Shown in pieces: positions 1 to 9,181 of a stretch of 64,000 bases of DNA. The position numbers and the translations under genes are program-made. Location of the stretch: the NCBI GenBank assembly GCA_005877695.1, contig VBOA01000011.1, forward strand, positions 140,696 through 204,695, read 5' to 3'. Within the stretch, counting starts at the first letter, position 1. Each line of letters opens with the position of its first letter. This DNA is from Gammaproteobacteria bacterium. GTDB lineage: Bacteria > Pseudomonadota > Gammaproteobacteria > Diplorickettsiales > Diplorickettsiaceae. The notes under the pieces were generated by a model. The model did no database searches. It saw only the letters and a program-made list of their open reading frames with translations, and was not told where the DNA came from.

Positions 1-44
1 AGCTTGCTAGGTTAGTATACATACAGAAAATAACAAGGAAGTTT

Positions 45-1361
45 ATGTTACATAGCCCAATAGACAATCAAAAAGGCACCCGGAAATTATTAGTTGATTT
101 GCTGTTTAAAAAGGGTTATTGCCTATGTATTCCTGATCCAAACTTGATTAAATTACAGCTTGAACAAGTGCGATCAAGCTGGATTCAAAGATTTCTGTTA
201 TCTAAAAATACACTTGAATTTTCAGTAGTCCCAATGTTCATGCTTATTTTTATAAAAAATAAGTGTTTAACAGCTGATCAAAATAAACAGTTACTTGAAT
301 TAATTGAGATATTAATCTCGCAAGCAGAGGTTGATACGATTGACCAAATATTCTTTGCTAGTAACATTCAGCAAATGGCTTGGATTTATAATCAGTTAGC
401 TGAGCTAATAAGCTTTACATTAGAAGATTTTGTAAGCTCGGATAAAAATAGTAAAAGAATCATGACAATGGCAGCAGCTATCGAGCTTTTATTCAATAAA
501 GCGAGCCTATTTACTGTTACCAAATTTACTTTAAATACTGAAAATAATGGATTTAATATTCTTCACAAACTATTCTATAGCATCGCTTATGAAAGTTTGC
601 ATCCCACTCAGATTATTTATTTAAGTGCTATTAGTAAAAAAATAATCGCAAAAACCACCAATTTTGGTATCGAAACCTTAAGTTTTCAAATACAACGGAA
701 TGGATTTAGCTTTATTTGGAGTGTTTTAGGGACTTGGTTGCAACTAGTGTTCGAACCTGTAAATTCTAATCAATTTAAAGTTAATCATTATACAAACTTG
801 ATCAATTGTTTATTTAAAAAAATACATGTTGAAAAATTATCTTCAATTTTACTAGAAAATGAAGCTAAAGGTTATATTATAATTTTACGTTATCTTTTTT
901 TTCAACAATTTAGATTTAACCCATTTCATTATGATTTGAGAGAATCTTGCCATTTTAAGCGATGGTGTCAAAAGATATTTTCAGCACTTAGCCTCCAGGA
1001 AATTGAATTAATCTTAAATAACTTATCCTTGTTATTAAGCAACGATTCACATCTTAGCCAGAATGATAGACAACAATTGATGCAGAATTTTTTTACTTAT
1101 TTATTGGAGTTTTGCCATTTACAACCCTTAGAAATGACTAGATTAAGAGAATTACAAGAACAACTGGAAGATCGTTTTTTTCCTAGTAATGAAGTAATAA
1201 AATTTTTTAAGCAGTTAAGAGTATGTTGTAGTTTTTTTAATCCTGCTAAGCTTCTGAGTTCCAATAGAAGTAAAAAAGGAGAAATTTTTCTCTATGAAAG
1301 CAATGATCTGCTTATACCTGAGTGTGCTAGACTAAACACCAATTATTTGACAATGAAATAA
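45..1361 (+). CDS. Hypothetical protein (438 aa), helical/Leu-rich, no recognisable family
   Basis: Long ORF with AAGGA SD just upstream; ends 12 nt before tpiA; no motif recognised. Confidence 0.8.
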   Translation: MLHSPIDNQKGTRKLLVDLLFKKGYCLCIPDPNLIKLQLEQVRSSWIQRFLLSKNTLEFSVVPMFMLIFIKNKCLTADQNKQLLELIEILISQAEVDTIDQIFFASNIQQMAWIYNQLAELISFTLEDFVSSDKNSKRIMTMAAAIELLFNKASLFTVTKFTLNTENNGFNILHKLFYSIAYESLHPTQIIYLSAISKKIIAKTTNFGIETLSFQIQRNGFSFIWSVLGTWLQLVFEPVNSNQFKVNHYTNLINCLFKKIHVEKLSSILLENEAKGYIIILRYLFFQQFRFNPFHYDLRESCHFKRWCQKIFSALSLQEIELILNNLSLLLSNDSHLSQNDRQQLMQNFFTYLLEFCHLQPLEMTRLRELQEQLEDRFFPSNEVIKFFKQLRVCCSFFNPAKLLSSNRSKKGEIFLYESNDLLIPECARLNTNYLTMK

Positions 1362-1373
1362 GAGGAATTAGAC

Positions 1374-2147
1374 ATGCGCAAGCAATATATTATTGGTAAT
1401 TGGAAAATGCACGGTAATAAAACCTTCGTTGCTGAATTACTAAATAAAATTGTGCAGTTCGAGCAAAAAAATCAAGCTAATGTAAACTTAATTGTGTGTC
1501 CTCCTTATGTATTTCTTAACCAAACCCAGATATTACTTGGTAAAACCAAGTTGCAATGGGGTGGCCAAAATATGGCTGCAGAAGCAGAGGGCCCTTATAC
1601 TGGGGAAATATCAGTATCGATGTTATCTGATTTTGGTTGCCGATATGTATTGTTAGGTCATTCAGAGCGACGTCAACTCTATGGAGAGACCGATGTAGAA
1701 ATCGCAAAAAAATTTGGTTTAGCCATTAAATCCGGATTAACGCCAGTTCTTTGTATAGGGGAGACTTTAGCGGAACGTCAAGCAAATCAAACCTATAGTG
1801 TATTGCGTACCCAATTAGAAAAAATTATGGATTATGGAAAAGATGTTTTAAAAAAAGCTATTATTGCCTACGAACCTGTTTGGGCTATTGGCACAGGATT
1901 GTCAGCACAGCCTCAAGAAGCCCAGGAAGTACATCAATTTTTACGTGAGCAACTTAAATTGTTGGGCTCTGATCTTGCACAAGAATTAGCTATCCTGTAT
2001 GGTGGCAGCGTTAAAGCTAGCAATGCTGGAGCTTTGTTTAAAATGCCGGATATTGACGGCGGTTTGATTGGCGGGGCCTCATTAGATGCCATGGAGTTTT
2101 TGCGTATCTATGAAATACTTGCTTCAACAGTAGGTCATAAAGTTTAA
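1374..2147 (+). CDS. tpiA: Triosephosphate isomerase
   Basis: GNWKM, GHSERR, AYEPVWAIGTG, LYGGSV and GGASL motifs. Confidence 0.98.
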   Translation: MRKQYIIGNWKMHGNKTFVAELLNKIVQFEQKNQANVNLIVCPPYVFLNQTQILLGKTKLQWGGQNMAAEAEGPYTGEISVSMLSDFGCRYVLLGHSERRQLYGETDVEIAKKFGLAIKSGLTPVLCIGETLAERQANQTYSVLRTQLEKIMDYGKDVLKKAIIAYEPVWAIGTGLSAQPQEAQEVHQFLREQLKLLGSDLAQELAILYGGSVKASNAGALFKMPDIDGGLIGGASLDAMEFLRIYEILASTVGHKV

Positions 2148-2168
2148 TTTTTAGTATACATATATAAT

Positions 2169-2564
2169 ATGCTACAACAGTTTTTAGTTTTAATGCACGT
2201 TATGATTTCGATAGCATTAATTGCTTTGGTACTCATACAACAAGGTAAAGGTGCTGAATTAGGTGCGACTTTTGGAAGTGCTGCTTCACAGACAGTCTTT
2301 GGTAGTCAAGGATCAGGCTCTTTTTTACTAAAATTAACAGGTTTACTCGCCTTATTGTTTTTTGCAACGAGTCTTAGTTTAGGTTATTTAGCTGGACATT
2401 CTGTTAGACAAGATCCCATTCAAAATTTAGCCAATATGGCTCAGCAATTACCCTCTACAGTTACTAAAACCAAAGATGTAGAGAAAAAAAATTTATCTTT
2501 AAATAAAAATACAGGAAAAACAAATTTCGATCATCAACAAGCTTATCCTCTACCTTCTGAATAA
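2169..2564 (+). CDS. secG: Preprotein translocase subunit SecG
   Basis: LIQQGKGAELGATFGSAASQTVFGSQGSG motif; conserved tpiA-secG-tRNA-Leu order. Confidence 0.96.
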   Translation: MLQQFLVLMHVMISIALIALVLIQQGKGAELGATFGSAASQTVFGSQGSGSFLLKLTGLLALLFFATSLSLGYLAGHSVRQDPIQNLANMAQQLPSTVTKTKDVEKKNLSLNKNTGKTNFDHQQAYPLPSE

Positions 2565-2590
2565 GTTTTATTAAAATTGTCTGAACTATT

Positions 2591-2675
2591 GCCGAAATGG
2601 TGGAATTGGTAGACACGCCGTCTTGAGGGGGCGGTGGCGCAAGCTGTGCCGGTTCGAGTCCGGCTTTCGGCACCA
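2591..2675 (+). tRNA. tRNA-Leu (GAG)
   Basis: GCCGAAA/TTTCGGC acceptor stem, anticodon arm CCGTC-TTGAGGG-GGCGG, long variable arm, GGTTCGAGTCC T-arm, encoded CCA. Confidence 0.96.
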
Positions 2676-2703
2676 ACTGTTATTTTTTACTTATTATAAT
2701 CGT

Positions 2704-3111
2704 TTATTCTGTATTTTCAGGTAATACAGATGAATGATGCGAAGAAGTCAACCATTTGTGTCCATCCCATCGGTAAGTAAATGTATAACGGGCATGAATT
2801 TTTTTCCCATCTTTTAGTGTGAAGGTATATAAACCTGTATCGATCGCTTTATTACATCCGATCTTTATGGTGCGAGAATCAATTTTACCGTAAGGATGTT
2901 TACTTAAAAAATCTTTGAAATATTCAATTCGTTCTGTACTATTTACTCTGGGTTTGTTGGATATAGTCGCTAATAATATGGCATTATCTGTATAATTTTC
3001 ATTGACTTTAATTGGATTTCCAGTTTTAAGTGAATTGTTCCAACGGTCGAATAGTGCGGCAATCTCTTGTGGATTGGTTTTTATACAAGCTATATGGTGG
3101 GCTGAACTCAT
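2704..3111 (-). CDS. SgcJ/EcaC-family (DUF4440, NTF2/SnoaL-like, CaMKII association-domain-like) protein; probable native start at 3179 is one base out of frame
   Basis: IAALFDRWNNSLKTG, DTGLYTF, ARYTFTY and HHSSVLPE motifs typical of the family; signal-peptide-like segment upstream (see findings). Confidence 0.8.
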   Translation of the reverse strand: MSSAHHIACIKTNPQEIAALFDRWNNSLKTGNPIKVNENYTDNAILLATISNKPRVNSTERIEYFKDFLSKHPYGKIDSRTIKIGCNKAIDTGLYTFTLKDGKKIHARYTFTYRWDGHKWLTSSHHSSVLPENTE

Positions 3112-3249
3112 AGCAAAAGTTGCAGTTGTTGTTAATAAACTACTGAGTAAAATGATTGTAATAATATTTTTCTTCGCATGGTAAGATCCTTAAAAAAATA
3201 GTTGTAAAATAAATAATAGTAGGTTAGTTATTTAATGTCTGCAATTAAA

Positions 3250-4071
3250 TTAACAATCTCTAAGTAATTCATTAATCGCAACTTTGCTTAGAGTTCGATC
3301 ATCAATTTGTTTGATAATAATGGCGCAATTGAGATGACAATGTCCGATTTTAGAGGGGAGACTCCCAGCAAGCACGACCGAACCTTTAGGGACTCGTCCG
3401 TAAATAACTTCTTCTGTTTTGCGATTATAAATGGGCGTATTACTTCCTAAAAATACTCCCATGCCAATGACACTATTTTCTTCAACGACAACACCTTCTA
3501 CGACTTCAGAACGTGCGCCAATAAAACAACGATCTTCAATAATAGTGGGTTTGGCTTGAAGTGGTTCTAAAACTCCGCCAATACCAACGCCACCCGATAG
3601 ATGTACATGTTTCCCAATTTGGGCACAAGAACCCACAGTTGCCCATGTATCTATCATGCTTCCTTCATCGATATAGGCGCCTATGTTAACGAATGAAGGC
3701 ATGAGAACAGTATTTTTTGCAATATAGGCTCCTTGACGAACACAGGCATTGGGTACGATACGAAGACCTTCTTGTTGGAATTGTTGCTTATCGTAATGAG
3801 AGAATTTGAGTGGGATTTTATCGAAGTAATGTGTATGAGCCGCATTAATTAATTCATTGGGATTGATACGAAAAGATAATAAAATAGCTTCTTTTACCCA
3901 TGGTTGGACTACCCATTGAGATGATTGTTTTTCAGCGACTCGCAACTTACCTTGATCGAGAAGTTGGATAACTTCTAAAATGGCTGATTTAGTCGTATTG
4001 TCGATAGTTTCTGCATTAATTTCTTTTATATTTTTGTAAGCTTTTTCGATGATATTTCTTAATGGCGTCAT
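3250..4071 (-). CDS. dapD: 2,3,4,5-tetrahydropyridine-2,6-dicarboxylate N-succinyltransferase
   Basis: [35 protein letters not shown] hexapeptide region. Confidence 0.97.
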   Translation of the reverse strand: MTPLRNIIEKAYKNIKEINAETIDNTTKSAILEVIQLLDQGKLRVAEKQSSQWVVQPWVKEAILLSFRINPNELINAAHTHYFDKIPLKFSHYDKQQFQQEGLRIVPNACVRQGAYIAKNTVLMPSFVNIGAYIDEGSMIDTWATVGSCAQIGKHVHLSGGVGIGGVLEPLQAKPTIIEDRCFIGARSEVVEGVVVEENSVIGMGVFLGSNTPIYNRKTEEVIYGRVPKGSVVLAGSLPSKIGHCHLNCAIIIKQIDDRTLSKVAINELLRDC

Positions 4072-4095
4072 GGATAAGACTCAATGGATTTAGGT

Positions 4096-7000
4096 TCAGT
4101 CATTATTAGGAACAATAGCTTCAACGTTATCTTTGTTTTCATTAATTTTATCAGGACTTGATTTAGAATGATAAACTAAAGTATAGACTACCGGCAAAAT
4201 AAATAAGGTGAATAACGTACCAATAGACATTCCTCCTAAAATAACCCAGCCCAATTGATTGCGCGCATGGGCGCCAGGGCCCTGTATTAACACTAATGGG
4301 ATAGCTGCAAGTAACATGGTTGCTGTTGTCATAAGAATGGGACGTAAGCGTAATGCAGCGGCTTCAATAACAGCAGCTTGTATGGAGAAATATAGATTGT
4401 TTTGTAATTGTCTAGCAAATTCAACGATTAAAATACTATGTTTAGTAATAAGTCCGATTAAAGTAATTAAACCAATTTGTGTGTAAATATTTAGACTTCC
4501 ACTGGTTAAATAGAGTGCTATCAAAGCTCCTGTGAGTGATAGTGGTACAGAAATCAAAATCACTAAGGGGGCGCGAAAACTTTCAAATTGAGCCGCCAGG
4601 ACTAAAAAAATAAACATCAATGCAAATAAAAAGGTTTGTTGCATGCTATTCCCTGCCTGAATAAATTGACGTGTTTCCCCCGCAAAATCGATTTGTATAG
4701 TATGCGGTAGAATTTCGTGCGCCATAGTGACGACATCCTTAACTGCAGAGCCAATCGTATAGCCTGGAGCAAGATTCGCACTGAAGGTAACAGAGCGTAG
4801 TTGTTGAAAATGATTGAGGCTTAAAGCAGTGAAAGAGCTTTCTATTGTAACGAAATTAGCTAAAGGAATTAGTTTGTTATTTTGCCCACGCACATTAATG
4901 AGTTTCAATTGTTGATCGGTGCTCATGAAGTTTCTATATAATTGTGGAATCACCTGGTAACTCCGACCATCCCAATTAACTAGGCTGGCTTGGGGCGAAC
5001 CGATTAATATATTCAAACTATTTGCTATGTCACTCATTGAAATGCCTAATGAATTGGCCTTATCTCTATCGATATGCAGCTGAATTTGATCTGCATCCAT
5101 TTTCAGATCAGATTGTAAACCTAAAATACGCGGATTATTTTTTACTATAGCTGATTGTAATTTTTTACTTAACTGATTCAATGTGTCATAGCTATCAGTA
5201 CTTTTAAGAACAAACATTAAGGGAGCATGACCTGTAGCGCCTGGCAGAGCATGGGGACTAAAAGCAAATGCTTCTAGGCCAGTAACTTTAAGAAAACGTT
5301 TATATAAAGTTTGAATAATAGCAGTACTCGTTACCTTGCGTTCATGCCAGGATTTTAAAATTAGAAAAGACATTGCATTATTTGTAATAGGCATTCCTAT
5401 TAAAGTGATATAGGTATCTATAGCAGGAATGGTTTTATAAATGGCTTGAATTTTAGCCATATATTTTTGCATGTAGGTTAGGTTAGCAGACGTAGGTCCA
5501 GTGCCTGCGGTTATGATAAATCCTTGATCTTCTTGCGGAGCTAACTCACTCGGTAAGGTTTTAAATAGTCCGAAACAAGCGAGATAAATGATTATACCTA
5601 TGCCTAAAAGTATTTTTCGATGATTAATGGCTAGAAGTAAGTATTTTTTATAGGCAGCTATGGTGATATTAAAAAAATGATCAATCAGTAGACTAAAACG
5701 AGAAGTGTGTACCTCATGTTTCAAGAGCTTAGCGCACATCATTGGAGAAAGGGTTAAAGCAATGAAACCTGAAATAATGACTGCTGCAGCCAAAGTAAAA
5801 GCAAATTCACGAAATAATAAACCGGTCATATCATTAATAAAGCCGATAGGTGCATAAACAGCAGCTAAGGTTAATGTCATCGCGACGATGGCAAATCCAA
5901 TTTCTTTCGTGCCGATGATGGCTGCATTTTCTGGTGTTTTTCCTAAGCTGATATGCCGATGAATATTTTCTAATACAACAATTGCATCATCTACGACGAG
6001 TCCAATACCTAATACCCAAGCCAGGAAAGTGAGTACATTGAGTGTATAACCTAAGATTAGCATGATGGCGCACACGCCCATTAATGATAAAGGAATAGTA
6101 ACAAATGGAATTAAGCCTGCGCGAAAATTAGCAAGGAATAAAAAAATGATCGCAAATACAAATAAACAAGCTTCAAAAATAGTTTGTTTGACATCATGCA
6201 AAGATGCTGCAATAAATTTTGAAGAATTCCATACTAAATGAATTTTTATATCGGCGGGTGCTGTTTTTTCTAATTCAGGTAATTCCGCGATGACCGCCTT
6301 AGACACCTCTAAGGGATTGGCAGTGCTAAGAAGTATGATGCCCATAATCACTGATTGGCTATTTCCATTTACATTGGCGCTGCTTTCATCAGATTCAATA
6401 CCAAGAACAGCTTGTCCAACATCAGACAAACGGACTAAATAGTTATTTTGTTTTCGAATCACTAAATTATTTAATTCTGCTACTGTGTGTATATCAGTAT
6501 TGGTATTGATGTTAATAATTCGATTAGGGGTAATTAATGATCCAGCGGCTGATTGAATATTATTTTCCTGTAAGGCCGATATAATATCGCTAGCCGTGAT
6601 TTGATGAGCAGCCATTTTTATCGGATCAAGCCAGATTCGCAGGGCGTAGTTATTTCCACCAAATATCTGTGCTTGACTTACACCGGGAATTGTTTGTAAC
6701 TGTGGTTGAATGACACGAATTAAATAATCAGTAATGGCAGGAAGGCTTAAAGTATGACTTGTAAATGAAATAAAAAGTGTTGGATCGGCATCGGGATCTT
6801 TGCTACTAATAACTGGATCTAAAACTGCTTTAGGAAGTTGTTTGCGAACCGATGCAATTGCATTGCTGGCATTCGTCATTGCTTTAGTCAGATCGTAACC
6901 AAGCTTAAATTGTAAAGTAATTTGACTGGTACTTTGTTTGCTAGAAGAATGCATCATATCTATTCCTTCAATACCGCCTAAAGCATTTTCTAAAGGAGTA

Positions 7001-7191
7001 GTAACAAAACTTTCCATTAATTGTGCAGGGGCACCAGGATAAGTGGTTTGTATGTTAATGACAGAAGGAGAAATGGAAGGGTATAAACGTACCGACAAGG
7101 ACAAAAATGCTTTAACACCTACTAATAAAATGAACAAGCTCAATACAATACTTAATGTGGGTTTGCGGATAAGCAGCTCAGTAAATTGCAT
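4096..7191 (-). CDS. RND efflux transporter permease (AcrB/AcrD/AcrF family)
   Basis: 1031 aa; GLVVDDAIVVLENI and RLRPILMTT motifs; two large periplasmic loops. Confidence 0.95.
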   Translation of the reverse strand: MQFTELLIRKPTLSIVLSLFILLVGVKAFLSLSVRLYPSISPSVINIQTTYPGAPAQLMESFVTTPLENALGGIEGIDMMHSSSKQSTSQITLQFKLGYDLTKAMTNASNAIASVRKQLPKAVLDPVISSKDPDADPTLFISFTSHTLSLPAITDYLIRVIQPQLQTIPGVSQAQIFGGNNYALRIWLDPIKMAAHQITASDIISALQENNIQSAAGSLITPNRIININTNTDIHTVAELNNLVIRKQNNYLVRLSDVGQAVLGIESDESSANVNGNSQSVIMGIILLSTANPLEVSKAVIAELPELEKTAPADIKIHLVWNSSKFIAASLHDVKQTIFEACLFVFAIIFLFLANFRAGLIPFVTIPLSLMGVCAIMLILGYTLNVLTFLAWVLGIGLVVDDAIVVLENIHRHISLGKTPENAAIIGTKEIGFAIVAMTLTLAAVYAPIGFINDMTGLLFREFAFTLAAAVIISGFIALTLSPMMCAKLLKHEVHTSRFSLLIDHFFNITIAAYKKYLLLAINHRKILLGIGIIIYLACFGLFKTLPSELAPQEDQGFIITAGTGPTSANLTYMQKYMAKIQAIYKTIPAIDTYITLIGMPITNNAMSFLILKSWHERKVTSTAIIQTLYKRFLKVTGLEAFAFSPHALPGATGHAPLMFVLKSTDSYDTLNQLSKKLQSAIVKNNPRILGLQSDLKMDADQIQLHIDRDKANSLGISMSDIANSLNILIGSPQASLVNWDGRSYQVIPQLYRNFMSTDQQLKLINVRGQNNKLIPLANFVTIESSFTALSLNHFQQLRSVTFSANLAPGYTIGSAVKDVVTMAHEILPHTIQIDFAGETRQFIQAGNSMQQTFLFALMFIFLVLAAQFESFRAPLVILISVPLSLTGALIALYLTSGSLNIYTQIGLITLIGLITKHSILIVEFARQLQNNLYFSIQAAVIEAAALRLRPILMTTATMLLAAIPLVLIQGPGAHARNQLGWVILGGMSIGTLFTLFILPVVYTLVYHSKSSPDKINENKDNVEAIVPNND

Positions 7192-7194
7192 CGT

Positions 7195-8226
7195 CTATTT
7201 CTCAACTAGTACAATTGAATGTGGTTGTACTTTAAAACCACCCACACTAATAATTTGATCTCCTGGATGAATATCACTACTTAATAACCCGATTTTTCCA
7301 TTCTCATGAAAATGAACAGTGACGTAAGTTTTAATAGCTTGATGGTGGAGGATACGATAAACAAAATTACCGTGTTCATCGGTATTAACGGCTGTTTCAG
7401 GAACGATAAACAATGTTTGAGGCTTGCTAATTTCAATTTTGATATCAACAAAAGCGCCAGGGAGTAGTTTTTGTTCAGTATTACTTAGACTAGCGCGCAC
7501 CGCTAGACTACGCGTGTCATTATCAATGTGTGAATCTAGGGCATAGACAGTACCTAAAAAGGTTTTGGCTGGATAAGCACTCGTATGAATCAATACCTTA
7601 TTGCCGATGGCAATTTTACTCGCATCTGTTCCAGGTATATTAAAATTGACGTATAAGGGGTCAATGGTCTGCAAATTACTTATGGCTGTATTTGGGTTGA
7701 TAATATCCCCTAAATTAACCTGACGTAGACCTAAGCGGCCACTGAACGGTGCAGAAAGTAGGGTTTGATCTAAAGAAGCTTGAACTTGCGCTTGTTTTGC
7801 GAGATTAGTTTGGTAATTTGCTGAAACCTTATCTAGGTCTGCCTTTGCAAATACTTTTTTCTTATATAATGTTAAACCACGCTCATAATCGGCTTTACTT
7901 AATTGAGTTTCTGCTTTGGCTGCAGCTAACTGAGCTTTTAAGATATCCGGATTAAGCTGTAGTAAGGGAGTACCGACCTTAACATTCTCCCCGGAACGAA
8001 AATAGATGGCAACGACACGGCCGGTTGTTGCCGCTTTAAGGATAGTGCCTTGACTGGCGGATAAACTTCCTATGGCTTGAATCTTGTCTTGCCAGGTCTC
8101 TAAATGTGCAGAGATAGCTTCAACTAATACTGGAGGCGTAGGTTGTTTATCTTTTTTTTGATAAACGATACTAACCGTACTGACAGTGATTAAAATGAAT
8201 AAAAGAATAACGTAAATTAAGCGCAT
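7195..8226 (-). CDS. RND periplasmic adaptor / membrane fusion protein (AcrA/HlyD family)
   Basis: N-terminal membrane anchor, lipoyl-like half motifs around a helical hairpin (LSAPFSGRLG); 3 nt upstream of the RND permease. Confidence 0.92.
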   Translation of the reverse strand: MRLIYVILLFILITVSTVSIVYQKKDKQPTPPVLVEAISAHLETWQDKIQAIGSLSASQGTILKAATTGRVVAIYFRSGENVKVGTPLLQLNPDILKAQLAAAKAETQLSKADYERGLTLYKKKVFAKADLDKVSANYQTNLAKQAQVQASLDQTLLSAPFSGRLGLRQVNLGDIINPNTAISNLQTIDPLYVNFNIPGTDASKIAIGNKVLIHTSAYPAKTFLGTVYALDSHIDNDTRSLAVRASLSNTEQKLLPGAFVDIKIEISKPQTLFIVPETAVNTDEHGNFVYRILHHQAIKTYVTVHFHENGKIGLLSSDIHPGDQIISVGGFKVQPHSIVLVEK

Positions 8227-8292
8227 AATTATTATCTTTATTAGTAGACGCTTTTTTTCGGGTAAGCTCAGTTAAGTAAAAATATCAGAGAA

Positions 8293-8306
8293 AGACTATA
8301 TAGTCT
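8293..8306. promoter_or_regulatory. Perfect 14-bp palindrome AGACTATATAGTCT upstream of the RND operon (possible operator)
   Basis: Palindrome read directly from sequence, 67-80 nt upstream of the MFP start; function inferred. Confidence 0.3.
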
Positions 8307-8373
8307 CTATTGTTTGAAAGCAATTCAACTGCTTTAGCCGCCGCTTAGTTGGGGGGAGAAGAGGAAGTAGCAA

Positions 8374-9150
8374 CTAGATTAAGCCTTGTTCCTCAGTCCG
8401 TTGAGTAAACACTTCATATCCAGATTCAGTAACGAGGAGTGTGTGTTCCCATTGTGCCGATAAACTATGATCTTTGGTTACAACGGTCCATTGATCGGGC
8501 ATGAGTTTAGTAAAACGTTTACCCGCATTGATCATCGGTTCTATTGTGAAGGTCATGCCAGGTACGAGTTGAATTCCTGTTCCTGCTTGACCATAATGTA
8601 AAACTTGCAGATCTTCATGAAAGAGTCGGCCAATACCATGGCCACAATATTCACGCACTACAGAGAAACCTTCTGCTTCGGCATACTGCTGTATACATGC
8701 ACCAATATCACCTAGATAAGTCCCCGGTTTGACTAGGCGTATTGCTTTGTAGAGGCATTCTTGTGTTATTTTGGTTAGACGCTGCGCTAATATCGAAGGT
8801 TTGCCTACAAAAAACATTTTGCTGGTATCGCCATGATAGCCCTCTTTAATAACGGTGACATCAATATTAATTAGATCACCCTCTTTTAATACGCGTTCGC
8901 TAGGAATGCCATGGCAAACCTGATGGTTGATAGAGGTGCAAATTGATTTCGGAAAACCCCGATAATTTAAAGGGGCAGGAATAGCTTTCTGTTCATTGAC
9001 AATATAATCATGGCAGATTTTGTCAAGCTGATTGGTAGTAACACCTACTTTTACATGCGGGGCAATCATTTCTAGCACTTCTGCTGTAAGCCGACCCGCA
9101 ATGCGCATTTTTTCAATTTCTGCCGGCGTTTTTATAATAATAGGAGACAT
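8374..9150 (-). CDS. map: Type I methionine aminopeptidase
   Basis: CHGIP, GYHGDTS, YCGHGIG, FTIEPMIN and AQWEHT motifs. Confidence 0.98.
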   Translation of the reverse strand: MSPIIIKTPAEIEKMRIAGRLTAEVLEMIAPHVKVGVTTNQLDKICHDYIVNEQKAIPAPLNYRGFPKSICTSINHQVCHGIPSERVLKEGDLINIDVTVIKEGYHGDTSKMFFVGKPSILAQRLTKITQECLYKAIRLVKPGTYLGDIGACIQQYAEAEGFSVVREYCGHGIGRLFHEDLQVLHYGQAGTGIQLVPGMTFTIEPMINAGKRFTKLMPDQWTVVTKDHSLSAQWEHTLLVTESGYEVFTQRTEEQGLI

Positions 9151-9181
9151 AATAAGTATCGCGTTAAAGGAAGCTTATAAA

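Noticed and set aside
2591-3250. tRNA-Leu as an integration site for a genomic island
   Set aside because: No integrase, no duplicated tRNA 3' end, and housekeeping genes resume within 600 nt
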